Assembly: GCF_018977255.1 (NCBI RefSeq) | Contig: NW_024704742.1 | Location: forward strand, 48,424,001-48,488,000 | Length of the DNA: 64,000 nt | From: Callorhinchus milii | Taxonomy: Eukaryota | Reading direction: 5' to 3' | Shown: positions 26,250 to 39,716 of the stretch, one piece after another | How positions within the stretch are numbered: position 1 is the stretch's first letter | Layout: each line of letters opens with the position of its first letter | Translations under genes and position numbers: made by a program | The notes under the pieces: model-generated | Told to the model about the DNA's origin: nothing | The model's database searches: none | What the model saw: only the letters and a program-made list of their open reading frames with translations

Positions 26250-26744
26250 GGGGTAGGAATTCTACCTGGATCTAGACTCAATCTATTTTCTTAGCATTGT
26301 AGAGCACATAGAAATCGGCAAATTCTTAATGTACAGTCTTAATTTTGAACCCAGAAATGATGAGCAATACATTAACATACAGAATTGCAGCAAACATTAA
26401 GATTTCAGGTACTTGAATGACAGTTTACACAGGCAGCAACAGTGAAAATATCAAGTCTAATACAATAAAGATCCCCCAGAAGTTGGTCACTTTAACACAT
26501 AAACTGGCTGGTGTACAAGGAACAAATGGGCTGGCTGAGTGCATGTCCAGTAATGGGATCGACACTGCCACTGTGTTACATCCAAATTTGCACTATAACG
26601 ACATACGTTACAACGGAGCTGCACTGTACAATTATTTAAATTTTAGATTCAGGGAGTTTAAAGCTAAGACCAAATTCAGCAATTTGCTAAATTCTTCATG
26701 CTAAGAAAATAAGAATAAATCTAGACCAGTGGGGATTTCTCCCC
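26250..26744. mobile_element. MITE-like element with long imperfect terminal inverted repeats
   Basis: Left gggtaggaattctacctggatctaga...tattttcttagcat pairs with right atgctaagaaaata...tctagaccagtggggatttctcccc. Confidence 0.7.
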
Positions 26745-26883
26745 AAAGGTTGTGATGAAAAATAGGTAGAATCCTTGTACTGAAAAAGGCTGAGAATATT
26801 TTACGAGCTCAGTTATGCTCGAAGCATCAGGCTATTATTCATCAGTAGCTAGCAACTAAAGTACATTGTACCCTTCCTCTCAC

Positions 26884-26998
26884 CTTGGAACAGATTTCGT
26901 GAAGACTGGTTGCGATGGCTTTCGCTGGTGTATCACACCGGAACACATGACATTTTAGGATTCGTGTATCTTTATCTCTTGCAACATAGGCAAAATCC
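26884..26998 (-). CDS. APBB2: APBB2 exon, C-terminal half of PTB1
   Basis: atgcag|GGAT...AAG|gtgaga; 115 nt, phase 2 to 0; [38 protein letters not shown], identical to the recalled human APBB2 sequence. Confidence 0.97.
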
Positions 26999-27171
26999 CT
27001 GCATAAACAAGAACACAAGCCATTAGTTAGTCCACGTCCCTGCAATTATTTTCCAATCCATCTTTGGTGCCATTTTCACTAGAAGATCAGGATTGATCTT
27101 AAACGAGTGCCATGCATTGATGCATTAATGAGTAAAGTATCATTTAACAGATGATTTGTGCATTGGAATCA

Positions 27172-27487
27172 AATAATAATAATCCTTGCATTTGATATAG
27201 CGCTTTTCACGTCGGGAGGACGTCCCAAAGCGCTTCACAGAACACACTGTAAAGTGAATTGACTGTATATTTGTGGGCGAACGCGGCAGCCAATTGCGCA
27301 CAGCAATGTCCCACAAACAGTCGTGGATTGAAAATGACCAATTTATTATTGTTTTTGGTTTTGGAGGATTATTATTAGGCTCTGTGTGGAGTAAGGAATC
27401 TTGCCCAAGGTTTCGCCCTCTGCCTGGAATTGAACTCAGGTCTCTCACTTGCAAAGCGAGTGCTCTAACCACTGAGCTACAGGACTC
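27172..27487 (-). mobile_element. Full-length young tRNA-headed SINE
   Basis: Near-identical reverse complement of 40298-40620. Confidence 0.93.
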
Positions 27488-28855
27488 CACAAAGGGTAGA
27501 GGGAGGATTTATTGATTTATTTTGGGGGGAAAAAATTAACAGATTAAACCAGCAACTAAAGGTAACCAAATTAGAAATCAGTAATTCAATTTCAGGAAGC
27601 AGGTTCCCAACAAACTCAAGATGGGCTCTTGCATTCAGAGAGCCGTTGAATATCTTAATTGGATTACCATGTTCTAAAGCTCACAGATATGTTGGTTGAA
27701 AGGCAATTGATGGCTTAAAGTATTCCTTGAACCATTTTTCAGTTTCGGGAGGCAGAAAAGGGAGGCAGGCACAACATCGGCCAGTATCATATACACAAGT
27801 GACACACAATGCATTTTTATGCAATTCGCAGGATGGCGTTGTGCATTTTTAAACAAGAAGACCGGTCACAGGCTTTTGCATCAAATCAATTCACTTTACA
27901 GTATATTCTGTGAAGATCTTTGAGACATCTAGAAGACATGATAAGGCGCTATATCAAATGCAAGGATTATTATTTATTATTAAGGTGCAACCTCTCTCAT
28001 TGCCGGATGATAAATTAATATTTGTTTTTATTCATCTCGGGATATTGAGGTGGGGCGTGAGGGAGAGGAAAGAGTGAAGCTGTCTGGGCTAACATTTATT
28101 GACTATCCCTAGTTATCCTGGTGGTGGTGATGGGTTTTCCCTTTAAATACTGCAGTGCTGGGATGATGGTGATCCCACATGGTGTTGAGGAGGAGTTCTG
28201 AGATTGTAGATGAAGGGCTGGAGATATATATCGAAGTCAGGATGACAAGTGACTTGGAAGCACAATATAAATTGATTCAATTCCACACACTACACATAAA
28301 ATAAAGATTGAAGCACCTTCACACACTACACAGCAAAATACACTCAAAACACGCTCCATTGTCGTTATTGCAATAGTTAATTTTTCGGGTCGCTCACTTT
28401 TTTTGCCTCCTGTAATAATTCACGTCACAGGTTACAGGTCTAATATTCCTTCAGATTCCACCTCGTGTGACAACTTGAAAAGGGATTTGTAACATGGCAT
28501 TCTGATGCTAATAATATGACTGTGTAGAAGATTATGAATTTTCTTTATGGCTTTAATGCAAGGATTCAGGAGCAGATGTACAAGATAAACTACTTTTTTT
28601 ATTCTTGCAGAACATGTCCTATGAACCCTTCTGCTGTTACACCACAGGTTGATTGTTAGAAAGCTCTTGTGATGAGATTTTCCTCAATCAGTTTGCCCCT
28701 TCTCAAGAAAATTGGAGATCACTGCAAACGTCAGCAAGATACCATCTATCAAACTTCCAGCTGAACATCATTTTTATGTAAAGTTAATAACAAAAACTGG
28801 TTAACCAAATGTAGCTGAATTGGCAAAAGAACTCTGAACAGCACCACAATCTTGT

Positions 28856-29075
28856 GGAGTCGATTGGCGGATCGCTTTTCCGGGAATAATAATCCCTCAA
28901 AAAAAATGTGGTCACTTAATCCATGACTGTTGTGGGACACTGCTGTGCACAATTGGCTGCCACGTTTCGCCCACAAATATACAGTCACTTCACTTTACAG
29001 TATATTCTGTGAAGCGCTTTGAGACGCCTAGAAGACGTGAAAAGCGCTATTTCAATTGCAAGGATTATTTATTAT
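28856..29075 (+). mobile_element. 5'-truncated long-variant SINE
   Basis: gtcgattggcggat...ataataatccctc...caaggatt. Confidence 0.85.
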
Positions 29076-29429
29076 ATGGAAGCTGGCAAACATCGGTTTC
29101 ATAACTACAGAGGCATAAAACTGGAGGCTTTGTGGTGAGTGTGACATTCACAGGAATTCCAGCCGTTCTACCACCTATGTGAAATTGGAACATGTAGTAG
29201 ACTTCTCTGCTGTGGTTTGGAGCAGTACAGAAAGCAAGCAGGAGTGTGTATGTGTGATCAGAAACAAGAGGATGTGGAGGGGATATTCTCATTGGCAAGT
29301 AAATATACAGGTCGCAGCTGCTGTGCGAGTCTGTTGGTCAATAATAATGACTTTCACACTGCCCAGATCATTGATAACAACTCACATTTATACAGTGATT
29401 CACATACAGGAACAGCTCAAATCACACGA

Positions 29430-29725
29430 GCAGCAGGCCATCCAGGAATCTACAGCCTGTCTCCTGTCCTCCATCAGGCTCAATGAACCCATCACCACAA
29501 TCCTCACTCCTCTCCACAGGCTCCCCATCCCCCACCGGATTCATTTGAGATCCTCAACCTCATGTTCAAATCCCTCCATGTCCTCGCCCCATCCTACCTC
29601 TGAAACTTCCTACAATCATAACAACATGGACACTCCTTGGCCAGCTACCAGTGGCTTACTTGTGTGAATCATTTGAGACATCTTCCTGAAATTAAAAGCA
29701 CTGTATAAAAACAAACTGCTGTTGG
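29430..29725 (+). mobile_element. Old L2 3' relic
   Basis: EPITTILTPLHRLPIPHRI resembles [18 protein letters not shown]. Confidence 0.65.
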
Positions 29726-30711
29726 TGCACACCATGCAGCGCATTGACAGGTTTAAAGATATTGATCCAAGGCATGGTTGTAGAGACCCATTATTTATAG
29801 ATTTTGAAGGCAGGGAGATGTAAGGTGAATAGTAAATTTACTGCCCAGCTATGCACTCTTCATATCAAAGTTGAAGCAGTGCGATATGTTAAATTTAGTA
29901 ACAGTCGTTAGCCATTGTCACCTGGGTACTAGGTTTCTAGAGCATAACCGACAACCTTTTTCATTCTGTGGCATTTTTATAGTGGGAACAGGACATATGA
30001 ATTCCCGATGTGTGAGCTGTCTGCTCTGAAAACACAGAGGTGGAGGTTTCCCATGGTTTAGAATTCACCTCTCTAACCTGCTTTCAAAACTCTTCTAAAA
30101 ACCTACCTCTTAACCCTTGCGTTCAATCACTTTCTCCTTACCCTCCTTTTCGTTCCAACTTGCTGAGTGTCTGAAACTGTTCATGTAATTCACTTTGAGA
30201 TGTTACTCTATGTGGAAGACTATATAAGTGCAAGTTGCTGTTGGTTGAAACTGCAGGCCTGTCGTTGCTGCTAATGTCACCAAAGGAGCCTCTGGTAAAG
30301 TCATATGATGCTTTCAAAGGTATGCTTATTGTGTGCCAATTAAAGGGACCCTACAGACTGGGGAGCATGCACATTTAAGTGAAAATCATTAAGTCATTAA
30401 TTTTTATACAGTATATAAAAAAATGAAATGCAAGTTCTATGAATCATGTTTGCACCTTTCCTTCAGATTTCTAAACACCAAAAACTCTGACTGGTTTAAC
30501 TTTAAGGCAACAATTGGGAAGAGTTACTTATCAATTGTTACTGTCCAGTGATATAAATTGTAGGCTAGATACCAGATCCACACCATCAATACACCACAAC
30601 AGGCATTCTTGGCTATGATCATTGTTTGGCAAAGTATTTTTATTTTCAGTGAATGCTGTGCCTACAAACCACACTTGGTACCAAGCAAAGTCCTGAGACT
30701 ATTTAACAATT

Positions 30712-30997
30712 AATTCAAATGCAAATTAGATAGATTTCTTTTAGAAAATAATATTTGGGGATACAGTATATGAGTAATTTGAGACATGAAATATAGTAAG
30801 TGAGGTATGTTTGAAAGAACTAAGGTCTAAGGTTCCCAAAGCATTCCACTGTGTTGGTAGTCTGATCCATAAGGGATTAATTGTTATCAACATCTCCATT
30901 TTTGTAGCAAGCGACTACCAGGATGGTAGAATGCAGACTTGATGGACCTTGGTCTTTTTTCGTCTAACAATTCCTATGTTCCTAATATTCCTATGTT
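30712..30997 (+). mobile_element. CR1-like LINE 3' end
   Basis: ttcaaatgcaaattagatagatt...gatggaccttggtc...(ttcctatg)n tail. Confidence 0.65.
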
Positions 30998-31854
30998 CAA
31001 TAAGTTACAGAACTGGTTCAATAATAATGTATTAGTTCAGAGTTTCTGTAAGCCTTTTTTGATCACATACCAACATGGGAGTGTACAGGTTTACCCACTA
31101 ATGAATGCCCATTATTGTATGTTCAGTATCGAGTTTGCATTGAACTGAAAGCACCAGAGATTCAGTCTATTAACTAATTATTTGGGAACTACTCTTCCAT
31201 TCTACACAAATAAATGACTTCTGGCTCCTGCAATGATCAACTGATTTATGCTGGATCATACGCTGTTTTAACAGCAGCTAAAAGCTATCAGGTTTACTGT
31301 TCTAAGCTATTACTGTTAATTGAATATTTTTCCTGACCCATTCTATACACAAGGGATATGTAGCACACAATGATTGCATGCATTCTGCTACTCAGTGCAA
31401 TTTATGTGATGTTTCTGTATTTATACCATCAAGCCTCAGTTACAGATATTCAATACCACATCTAACTGAGAGAAAGTCCTTTCACTGTTTCCTTCACATT
31501 AATCCCGTCAGTATCCTGGTAATTATTTTTACCCACAAACTTCATTCCTTGTCAAAGATGTGGCTAAGAGGACAGAACAGCTTAAGTTAAACACAGTGGA
31601 TTTTTAAAAATACATATAATTATTTTTTGAAAAAGATTAGTTAATGCCTATTGTTTCTCCTCCGCTACTGCAAACAAGGATTGTTTGCTGGGGTTGGGTT
31701 CTATAAGTGGAAAAGTTTTCAGGTAATGCATTTTAAAAAAGCATTTATATATTTTTGAAAATCCACTGTTTCAATAAAACTGAACATAATGTAAATGTTT
31801 AAATGATAACTTATAGACTTAAGATGTTCTGATAATTGATTCACACTCTAGGTT

Positions 31855-32125
31855 GATACTCTGATGCACTGATGGCAGAGGGAGGGTGCTCTTCAGTTAT
31901 TGGAGACGCCGCCCTTTGAATAAGACATTAAACCAAGGTCCTGTCTGCTTGTTCAGCTGGACCTTAAACATCCCATGATCTATTCGAAAAGAGAAGGCCA
32001 TTTCTCCTAGAGTTCTAGCTGACAATCCCACAAATAAAATTGGTCTCTCACTTTATGGCTGTTTTAGACATTGATGTGTGCAAATTGAGTGTTGTGTTTG
32101 CCTATAAATACACAGTCACTTCACA
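31855..32125 (+). mobile_element. Deu-domain-like SINE relic
   Basis: ggagacgccgccctttgaataagacattaaaccaaggtcctgtctgc...catcccatg. Confidence 0.7.
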
Positions 32126-33249
32126 TAAATGTTCAGTGCACCTCCCAATACACGCTTATCTCAGTTATTAATCTGTGGTTGAGCTTTTCCCTAAGTTTAC
32201 AAAGATGATTGAGTTTCTGGGATCAACTGTTCCCACCGTGTTGAGTAAGCAGCTCCTCCATGATGATGTACTTATTGGGTCCGTGAAAGTTCTTCTCATC
32301 CTGGAGATGGTAAAATGTATCTTTGAGCCCCACTCTCAGAGAGTATGTGTGTGTTGGGGGGTGGGGGAGACCATTATTTGGTTCCCATGAAGCCCTATTT
32401 AAATTTAGGAATATACTACATGTTTATCATTTTAAACACAGTCCTGATCTGGGCATTGTCGTGTTGTTCTTTGAATATATAGGTTTAGAAAACAAGGTGT
32501 TCTGTGTCAGCTCATTAGAACGGAAGACATTAGTGACAACAACATAATTATGTTCATATAGGCCCTTTCACGTCGGAAGGTCTTCCCAACGAAGAAACGA
32601 ATGAAGAAACTGATGCTGTCTGGAAAACATAACTTAACAAAACCCAGTTCCAAACATTGTCCACCAGATTCTGAATCATAATATTATATTACAATATCCA
32701 CGAAGAGATTTGATGGGAAAGGGGTCAAAGGTTGTAGAAAAGTGTAAGAGGATACCAGGGAACTAACAGGGAACAGATCAAGAGGACAATGGATTGAGTA
32801 AAGAAACCTACAAGGTCAGAGACATATTTGAGGTTTATGTTCTTCTGTGCTGTAAATTTCTATAAATCTATAATTTATTTTTTTGGCGGTAAAAATAGCT
32901 TCCCTTTGCTTAACGTAGCAGTGAATAGCAGTTTGCATCATTGGGATAGAGGTGTGGAGCTGTATGTGAATACAACCATATACACCTCAACGTTAGGTTA
33001 CATTTATTCTGACAAGATTTACTTGGCATGAAGAAGAATTCCCAAGGGTGTCTTGTACTGATACATTAGAGGTTTACTTATCCTAAGGGAATGCATTTAT
33101 TCCATAAAATAAAATCCCAAACTACAATTTTAAAACTCTTATGGTTACAGCACTCCTAGTAATGTACTGCCAGTTCATATTTAGATCTTATGTCTGATCT
33201 TACAAAACCTATACCTGGTAATGAACATACGTGACTTAAACATAAGTTT

Positions 33250-33745
33250 GTTGGCTCAGTTGGTAGCACTCATTGTTGAGTGAGAAGAATTACATAGCAC
33301 AGAAACAGGCCATTTGGCCCAACTGGTCTATGCTGCCGTTATGCTCCACATGAGCCTCCTCCTGCCCTTCCTCAACTAAGCCTATCAGCATAACCTTCTA
33401 AGATCCGGGGTTCAAAACCCAGTGTAAGGGCTCTGAACGTATCTAGTTCAGGCTGACACTCCAATGCAACATTGAGGGTTTGTTGCATTGTTGGATGCGT
33501 CACATCTTCCGATGAGATAAACCAAGGTTCTGTCTGCCTATTCAGGTGGTCATTAAACATCCCATGACACTTAAACTTCCTGGCCAACACTCGCCCTAAA
33601 TAAAATTGGTCATTCACTTAATGGCTGCTGAGCACAAACTGGCTCTACAAAATGCACAGACAATACACTATAACAATATAACCTGTGAAGTGCTTTGAGA
33701 CGTTCTCTTGACAAAGATGCTATGCCAATGCAAGGATTATTGTTG
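33250..33745 (+). mobile_element. Deu-domain-like SINE with an antisense CR1-type tail (about 33288-33400) inserted in its head
   Basis: tggctcagttggtagcactc head is split from gggttcaaaaccc by acatagcacagaaacaggccatttggccc... Confidence 0.7.
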
Positions 33746-34529
33746 AAAAGGAATTATTTCAAATGGGAAGCTACTTCTTATAGCTTCACATTTGAAATAA
33801 TAATTATTATATTATTATACACTATAGCATCTAAAATAACATTATTTTCTATATCAGCAATGATTACAATCAGATCTTCACTGCAATACACATAAACCAT
33901 TAAAAAATTCCATTGGATTTGAAAACTAATTTAAATAAAATAATAATCTTTACATGTGATATAATAATAAGTCTATAGAGCCTTGCATATCTGAAGGATG
34001 TCTCAAAGCGCTTCAGAGGATTTACTATAAAGTGTAGTGAGTGTGTAATTGTAGGCGTACACAAACATAAAGTGGTAATATTCCACTTAATGTTTACCTT
34101 TTTAATATTTATGATTTTTTTTCAGGAGTGAATCTTAGCTGCGATACTGGACATAAAATAATTAGTTAAGTTATGCAACTTTGAAACTATCAACGCAAAA
34201 CAATGTGTAGTACATCGGGAGATAAACAGGATTTCCGGCTACAGCATGAGCCGGTGGATCACCTGTACTAACTGTGCAGTTTGCTTCAAGGCAGATTGGG
34301 TAGGGAGCTGTACACCACACATCATCTTTAACAAGGGACCTAAATAATGAGCTGTCCTGAAGGCAGATCCAGCTGCTAAATATAGCTAGCAAATGCGAAA
34401 AGCAGTCTGGGAAAAGACGGTTCTTAAAAGAAATCAATTTCTTAACCACAAGTAAATGCTCAGCTATTTACACTTTGGGCAGCAACTGCAACAAAACACA
34501 AGCTACAATAAGAAAGAAAGATGTATTAC

Positions 34530-34535
34530 CTCTCT
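34530..34535 (-). CDS. APBB2: APBB2 6-nt microexon (AGAGAG) in PTB1, Fe65 'RE/ER' mini-exon equivalent
   Basis: Minus strand reads long polypyrimidine tract...ctctgctttcctggactcag|AGAGAG|gtaatac. Frame-preserving and phase-2 compatible with the downstream exon. Confidence 0.85.
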
Positions 34536-36725
34536 CTGAGTCCAGGAAAGCAGAGGGAATAAAGCAGAAAGAATGCAATCAACAAGAGGAGAATTTTTAA
34601 ACCCAGAGAAAAAAAGGGCAACACAGTGAAATACAATTATCACAATCCCAGATTTACCCAAACACTCATAAATTTGTCACACTTTGCAGTGGAAATTAGG
34701 CGAGAAAACAGACATGTCCCCCACAGTTAAGCAGCAAATTGCCTCAATACTTCTATCTACATCAGTGCTAGGGGCAAATGCAAATCAAAGAAAGGTTTCC
34801 TTTTCCAGAGCTGAAGAACTTGTTTCATTACCCAAAGTTTCAGACAAGGTGTATTTTGTGCTGTAATACTTATGCGATTTTAACACCACCAATCTCGACT
34901 CTGCTAAAAACCCAGAATGTAAACCCACCAAATTTAATGATGATGAATGACCTGAGACCCTTCTCAGAGTTGGATGGGCTGCTGTTTCTGCAGAGAGTTG
35001 CTTTAATCTCCAAAATGAAAAGCCAGAATGGCATCAGAACAATGGGAAATAGCGACTTTCCAAACATTTCGCCCACAAATATACAGTCAATTCACTTTGC
35101 AATATAATATGTGAAGCCCTTTGAGACGTCTAGAAGATGTGAAAAACGTTATATCAAATGCAAGGATTATTATTTTATTATTATTACATACTCTCCACAT
35201 TGTGTGTGTGGTGAGATGATGACAAGATGCATCACACATGTGCAAGCTTTTTGAAGTTTATTTTCCTTGTCAAACGGAACCTGGAAAAAGACTGGGATTA
35301 AAATGAAAACATTCAACCCATTGCCTGATCTCTGCTATTATTTTGCCAGCGATGATTGCACAAAATGCGTTTTTAAAGCTTTTGTGTGTGTGCAATGTGT
35401 CTGTTGTCACTCTATTTGCACAATAATGTCACATGTTACATGTCACATGTTCCCTCTCCTCCTTTGGACATGAGGAGGGAATGAATGAAAAGGTGGTGTG
35501 TACTCACAATAAACTGTTGAACTGTCAGTGCATCCACTTTGGCACTAGCGTCTGTGCCACAGAATCAACAATATAAAAGCAGCATAAAGGTCATTTTTCA
35601 TCAATTCTATACCTACCTGAGGTGTCAAGTTGCTTGTGCTTGTGGTACAAAATCAGCAAACGTAAGGAAATGGACCTGTACTGAGCAATTCTTATTTGCA
35701 CAAATTGCACAACCTGGTTACTTGTTGATCCTTGGATTATGAAATTATATTTACTTATGGAACAAATAATTCGGCACACCGCTCTTTTCACTGTGTGCCC
35801 ATGGCTTCAGTTAGCTGCACAAACTATTTCATCATTTGTTTGTCCTCCATCCAGGGGTCAGCCCCTGGACCCAATACACACACAATGTGTACTATAGTAG
35901 GCTCTGTAACCATACAGTCTAACAGCTAGAACTTGGTAAAGAGGAAAGTAGACAATATCAGCCACTTGCTGTTTGATCCATTCAGGCAGCTTCTATTCAG
36001 TGTCATTAAAGATTCTTTCATGTAGCAACACTACTACAATCAACCATACATTACGGTCCTGGAGAATGCTCAGCAATACATGACTGGCTTTCGTTAAAGA
36101 TCTATTCTTATAGAAAGAACCAGGGTTCCTTCTTTTTCAAATATATTTTTTGTGGATATAAACTAATCTGCTTGGAATTAATAACCAGCAATGAAAGAAA
36201 ATGAACATTATGTACTGCATGTTATGTTACAGCTATGAACAGTTGGCAAATTTATCTTTGAATTTTTCACTCCACAGATGCCATTATGGATGAAGAGAGA
36301 AAGAGGATGGGTGGCGGGGGGGAAGCAGGAGAGAAAATGCAGATCAATTGCATGGGAATTACTTACCATGCAGAACTGCAGTTTTTCTTCCATCTGATGT
36401 TGCTTATCTCCAATAAGCAGTTGTTAAAACACATACCATTCAAAACGTATCCAGCAATCACAAGCACGTTAATACTGTATGCAGCTAAAGGGCAGTAAGG
36501 AAGTAGCAGCCTAGTCATATCTGGTTTCTGAAGCACTGCCTTAGCATGTCATTCATTTAGTGCTGAAAGACTCACCTTCAACCCCAGAATTTAAACTAAG
36601 ACTGGAGAGGTATCATAATCTATGCCTCAGGCAGGCAGGAAGATTATTCTTCACTACAACAACTTGCATTTATATGGTGCCCTTCACCTAAGGTAATGGA
36701 TTGAACAGCGAGTTATGGGGGTTGT

Positions 36726-36744
36726 GGGGGGGGGGGGGGGGGGG
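36726..36744. repeat. Poly-G tract
   Basis: Run of about 19 G. Confidence 0.9.
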
Positions 36745-36865
36745 CAAGGAGGAGCTAGCCATACACACATTCAAGAGGTATGACTTAAAGACAGAGAGAA
36801 AGGAGGTGAGACGGAGCAGTGGATTAAGGGAGTTCCAGAGGTTAGAGGTGTAGGAACTGAAGGCT

Positions 36866-37463
36866 CAACAACAACAACAACAACAACAAGATTCCATTTA
36901 TAGAGCGCCTTTCACGTCAGGAGGACGTCCCAAGGCGCTGCACAGTTGGGTCATGACCCGAGCAGGGGGGAAATGGTCAGGGTGAGGGGAGGGAAGGGAG
37001 GGAGAGAGGAGGGGGGAAATGGTCAGGGTGAGGGGAGGGAAGGGAGGGAGCGAGGAGGGGGTAGAGAGGCGAGAGGGGAGCTGAAGGCACGGTCAAAGAG
37101 AAAGGTTTTGAGACCGGCCTTGAAGGAGGAAAGGGAGGAAGCGGCGAAGGCACTGGGGGATGGAGTTCCAGAGCCTCGGGGCTGAGAGGCTGAAGGCCCG
37201 ACCACCGATAGTAGGGCGGTTGGGGCGGGGGACGTGGAGCAGACCGGAGCCAGAGGAACGGAGGGTACGGGCAGGTAGGTAGGGGGATAGTAGGTTGGAG
37301 AGGTAGGAGGGAGCGAGGCCGTGAATGGCCTTGTAGGTGAGGATGAGGATCTTGAAATCAATCCTCTGGGGGATGGGGAGCCAGTGGAGGCGAGCGAGGG
37401 TGGGAGTGATGTGGTCCCGAAGCCTGGTGCGGGACAGTACACGAGCTGCAGAGTTCTGAATGA
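36866..37463 (-). mobile_element. Young L2 3' fragment, nested in an older L2 relic
   Basis: Near-identical to 45236-45830 including the (TTG)n tail; flanks (about 36655-36865 and 37464-37500) are a diverged L2 3' end. Confidence 0.93.
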
Positions 37464-39716
37464 TGGTGGCACGGCGAGGGTGGGGTATGAACAGCAAGCT
37501 TGGATTAGTTGATTGGAGGGGCAGGCAAAATTACTGACTATCAACTTAAAATGATTTTACACCCAGTGGGTTTACGACACAACCTTCCTGGCTATTTACT
37601 GTCTCGTCCACTTTTCTGAGATTAGAACATCTCATTGTTTCTCTACCACAAAGGAACATAAGCGTATGGGAAGCGAGCAGTAAAGGGGAAACAGATTAGG
37701 TGGTTTATGTGGAAAAAACATCAGGATAAGCTTGATCGGCCAGATGGTCTACTTCTATATTCAATTAGTATATTTAACTTTCATGCAGTATAATAGTGTG
37801 TAATTGTGTGCAATCCAGTTGTGATTGAGCTCTAGTTTCCCATCAAGACACAGGTACACTGTACGGTGAACAGTGGTAAAGAGAACACTCACACATGGTA
37901 CCAAATAATTCCTAGATCTTCAGTGATATAAAATTTTAGCTAAGGTTCAAAGCCGTTAAACAGTAGTTTAATCCCCTTTGTACCAAATGAAATCCTTTGT
38001 GTGATTTAAATAGACATTTGGTTTCAGACACTGATTACCATAATTCTATAGCTTAAATGAGTCATAGTAATATGTGGACTAAGCTGTTTTGTGTTTCTGA
38101 CAAAGAACCACTGCATTTTTTTATTCTAATACAGAAACAAAATACAGATAAGTGTCACATCTCTGCACACTGAAAAACCACATGCCCACTTAACTGCACT
38201 AGGATAGAGGTAAAGTCACACTGAAATTTAGGCATAAAATATTTAATGGTGCTCGCACTTACACCAGGAACTGTCAAGAGAATGCCCTTAGCTTGTTTAT
38301 TCAGATAGAGGTATAGTACAGAATTAGAAAGAGAGAAACAAAAACTGAGACACAGATAGTGAAAGAGAGATTCAAAGAGAGAGACTAATAAGGATAGTGA
38401 GACCGGTAGACAAACAACAGATGTGTGTATGTGCGCGTGAGAGATAGAGAGAGAGAATTTTCATTCATTGAAGCCTATATTTCAGTGGAACCGTTCCTGA
38501 GTTGATGAAGCAAGCTATTCATTTTAGTAACCAACATTTCTGCTTCAAACCTAAATGTCTCAGTGGTTTCTAAATCAGTCTTATACATTGTTATTTCCAA
38601 CATAATTAAAAGGAGATGAAGCTGTTTACCCATTCAGCTACCAATTGCAGCAGTTATGGTTCAAATAAAGTACTGGAGGAAAGCTAAGGTCTCACAAATT
38701 AGTGGCTAGCACACAAAATAATACATGACAATATGAAACTGCGTGATTTCTGTTTCTAAATTGAATGCATTCAGGCTAGACAGCTTTATGCAAGGAACCA
38801 TCAGGGTCACTGACTGGAATTATGGCAGAGCACATTCAAGCAAAACCAAAAAGGGGAAGGAAAGGCAGACTCCTTTTAAAAGGATTTAAAATCTGGGAGT
38901 TGGAACCTGGGTTTGCAAAGGATTCATAAATATCCAATCTTGCCAGCAACTGATGTGTGTCATGTTGATCTTGTTGGCCTTCCTCTCTGACGTGCTCGGA
39001 AGATCGTGTTGGAGCAAAGACCACACTTCTTGGATTGACGATCAAATATTTACAAATCCAGATCTCAATTCCTCCATTTTAGATTCCAAAGTCACTTCTG
39101 TATTCACAATTGATTGAGTAGTGCAAATGCAAGAATTATTATTATTATTATTATTAGTAATAGTAAAGATAGGTGAGATTGTGCTCAGAACATCGCCAGG
39201 CCATGTCGCTTCAACAAGTCTGACCCTTATGATTCTCAAACCACCTCCCTGTTTTCTCACCCCATCTCTCACTTCCTTCCCTCTCTGGAAACACACCTAG
39301 TTCCCTCTTGAACCCGCTTACACCATTCACTTTACAGCCCACACCAGTAACATTCCACAAGCTTTCCACTCTTTAAGACTTCTGACTGTTTTCCACATCA
39401 ACATGTAATGATCAAATTAAGGAGTGACAAAATTAATTGTAAAGTTCAATGCTGATAGATAATTAAGAAAGTACAGCCATCAATAGGAACGTTTCAGGCT
39501 GTGATGAGATTTTAGGCAGGACACCCAAGGGATTAGCTTTCTCAATACCCTTCAAAACCTTAAAAGGCACAATCAGGCCACCTTGAAATCTTACCGTACT
39601 AAGAGGAAGGAGCCTAATTTCATCAATGCTTCCTTTTAATTTCAAATCCAAATTAAATCCCTACTTTCTCCTAAACCAAGGAGACCAGCCCATACTGGGA
39701 CCGAGAATTAGAGGAC

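Noticed and set aside
27140..27515. Recurrent ORFs such as ...[15 protein letters not shown]... in several places
   Set aside because: Translations of SINE copies, not a gene family.
32150..32315. Possible coding relic on the minus strand (HLQDEKNFHGPNKYIIMEELL...)
   Set aside because: Short, interrupted by a stop, no recognisable family or splice sites.
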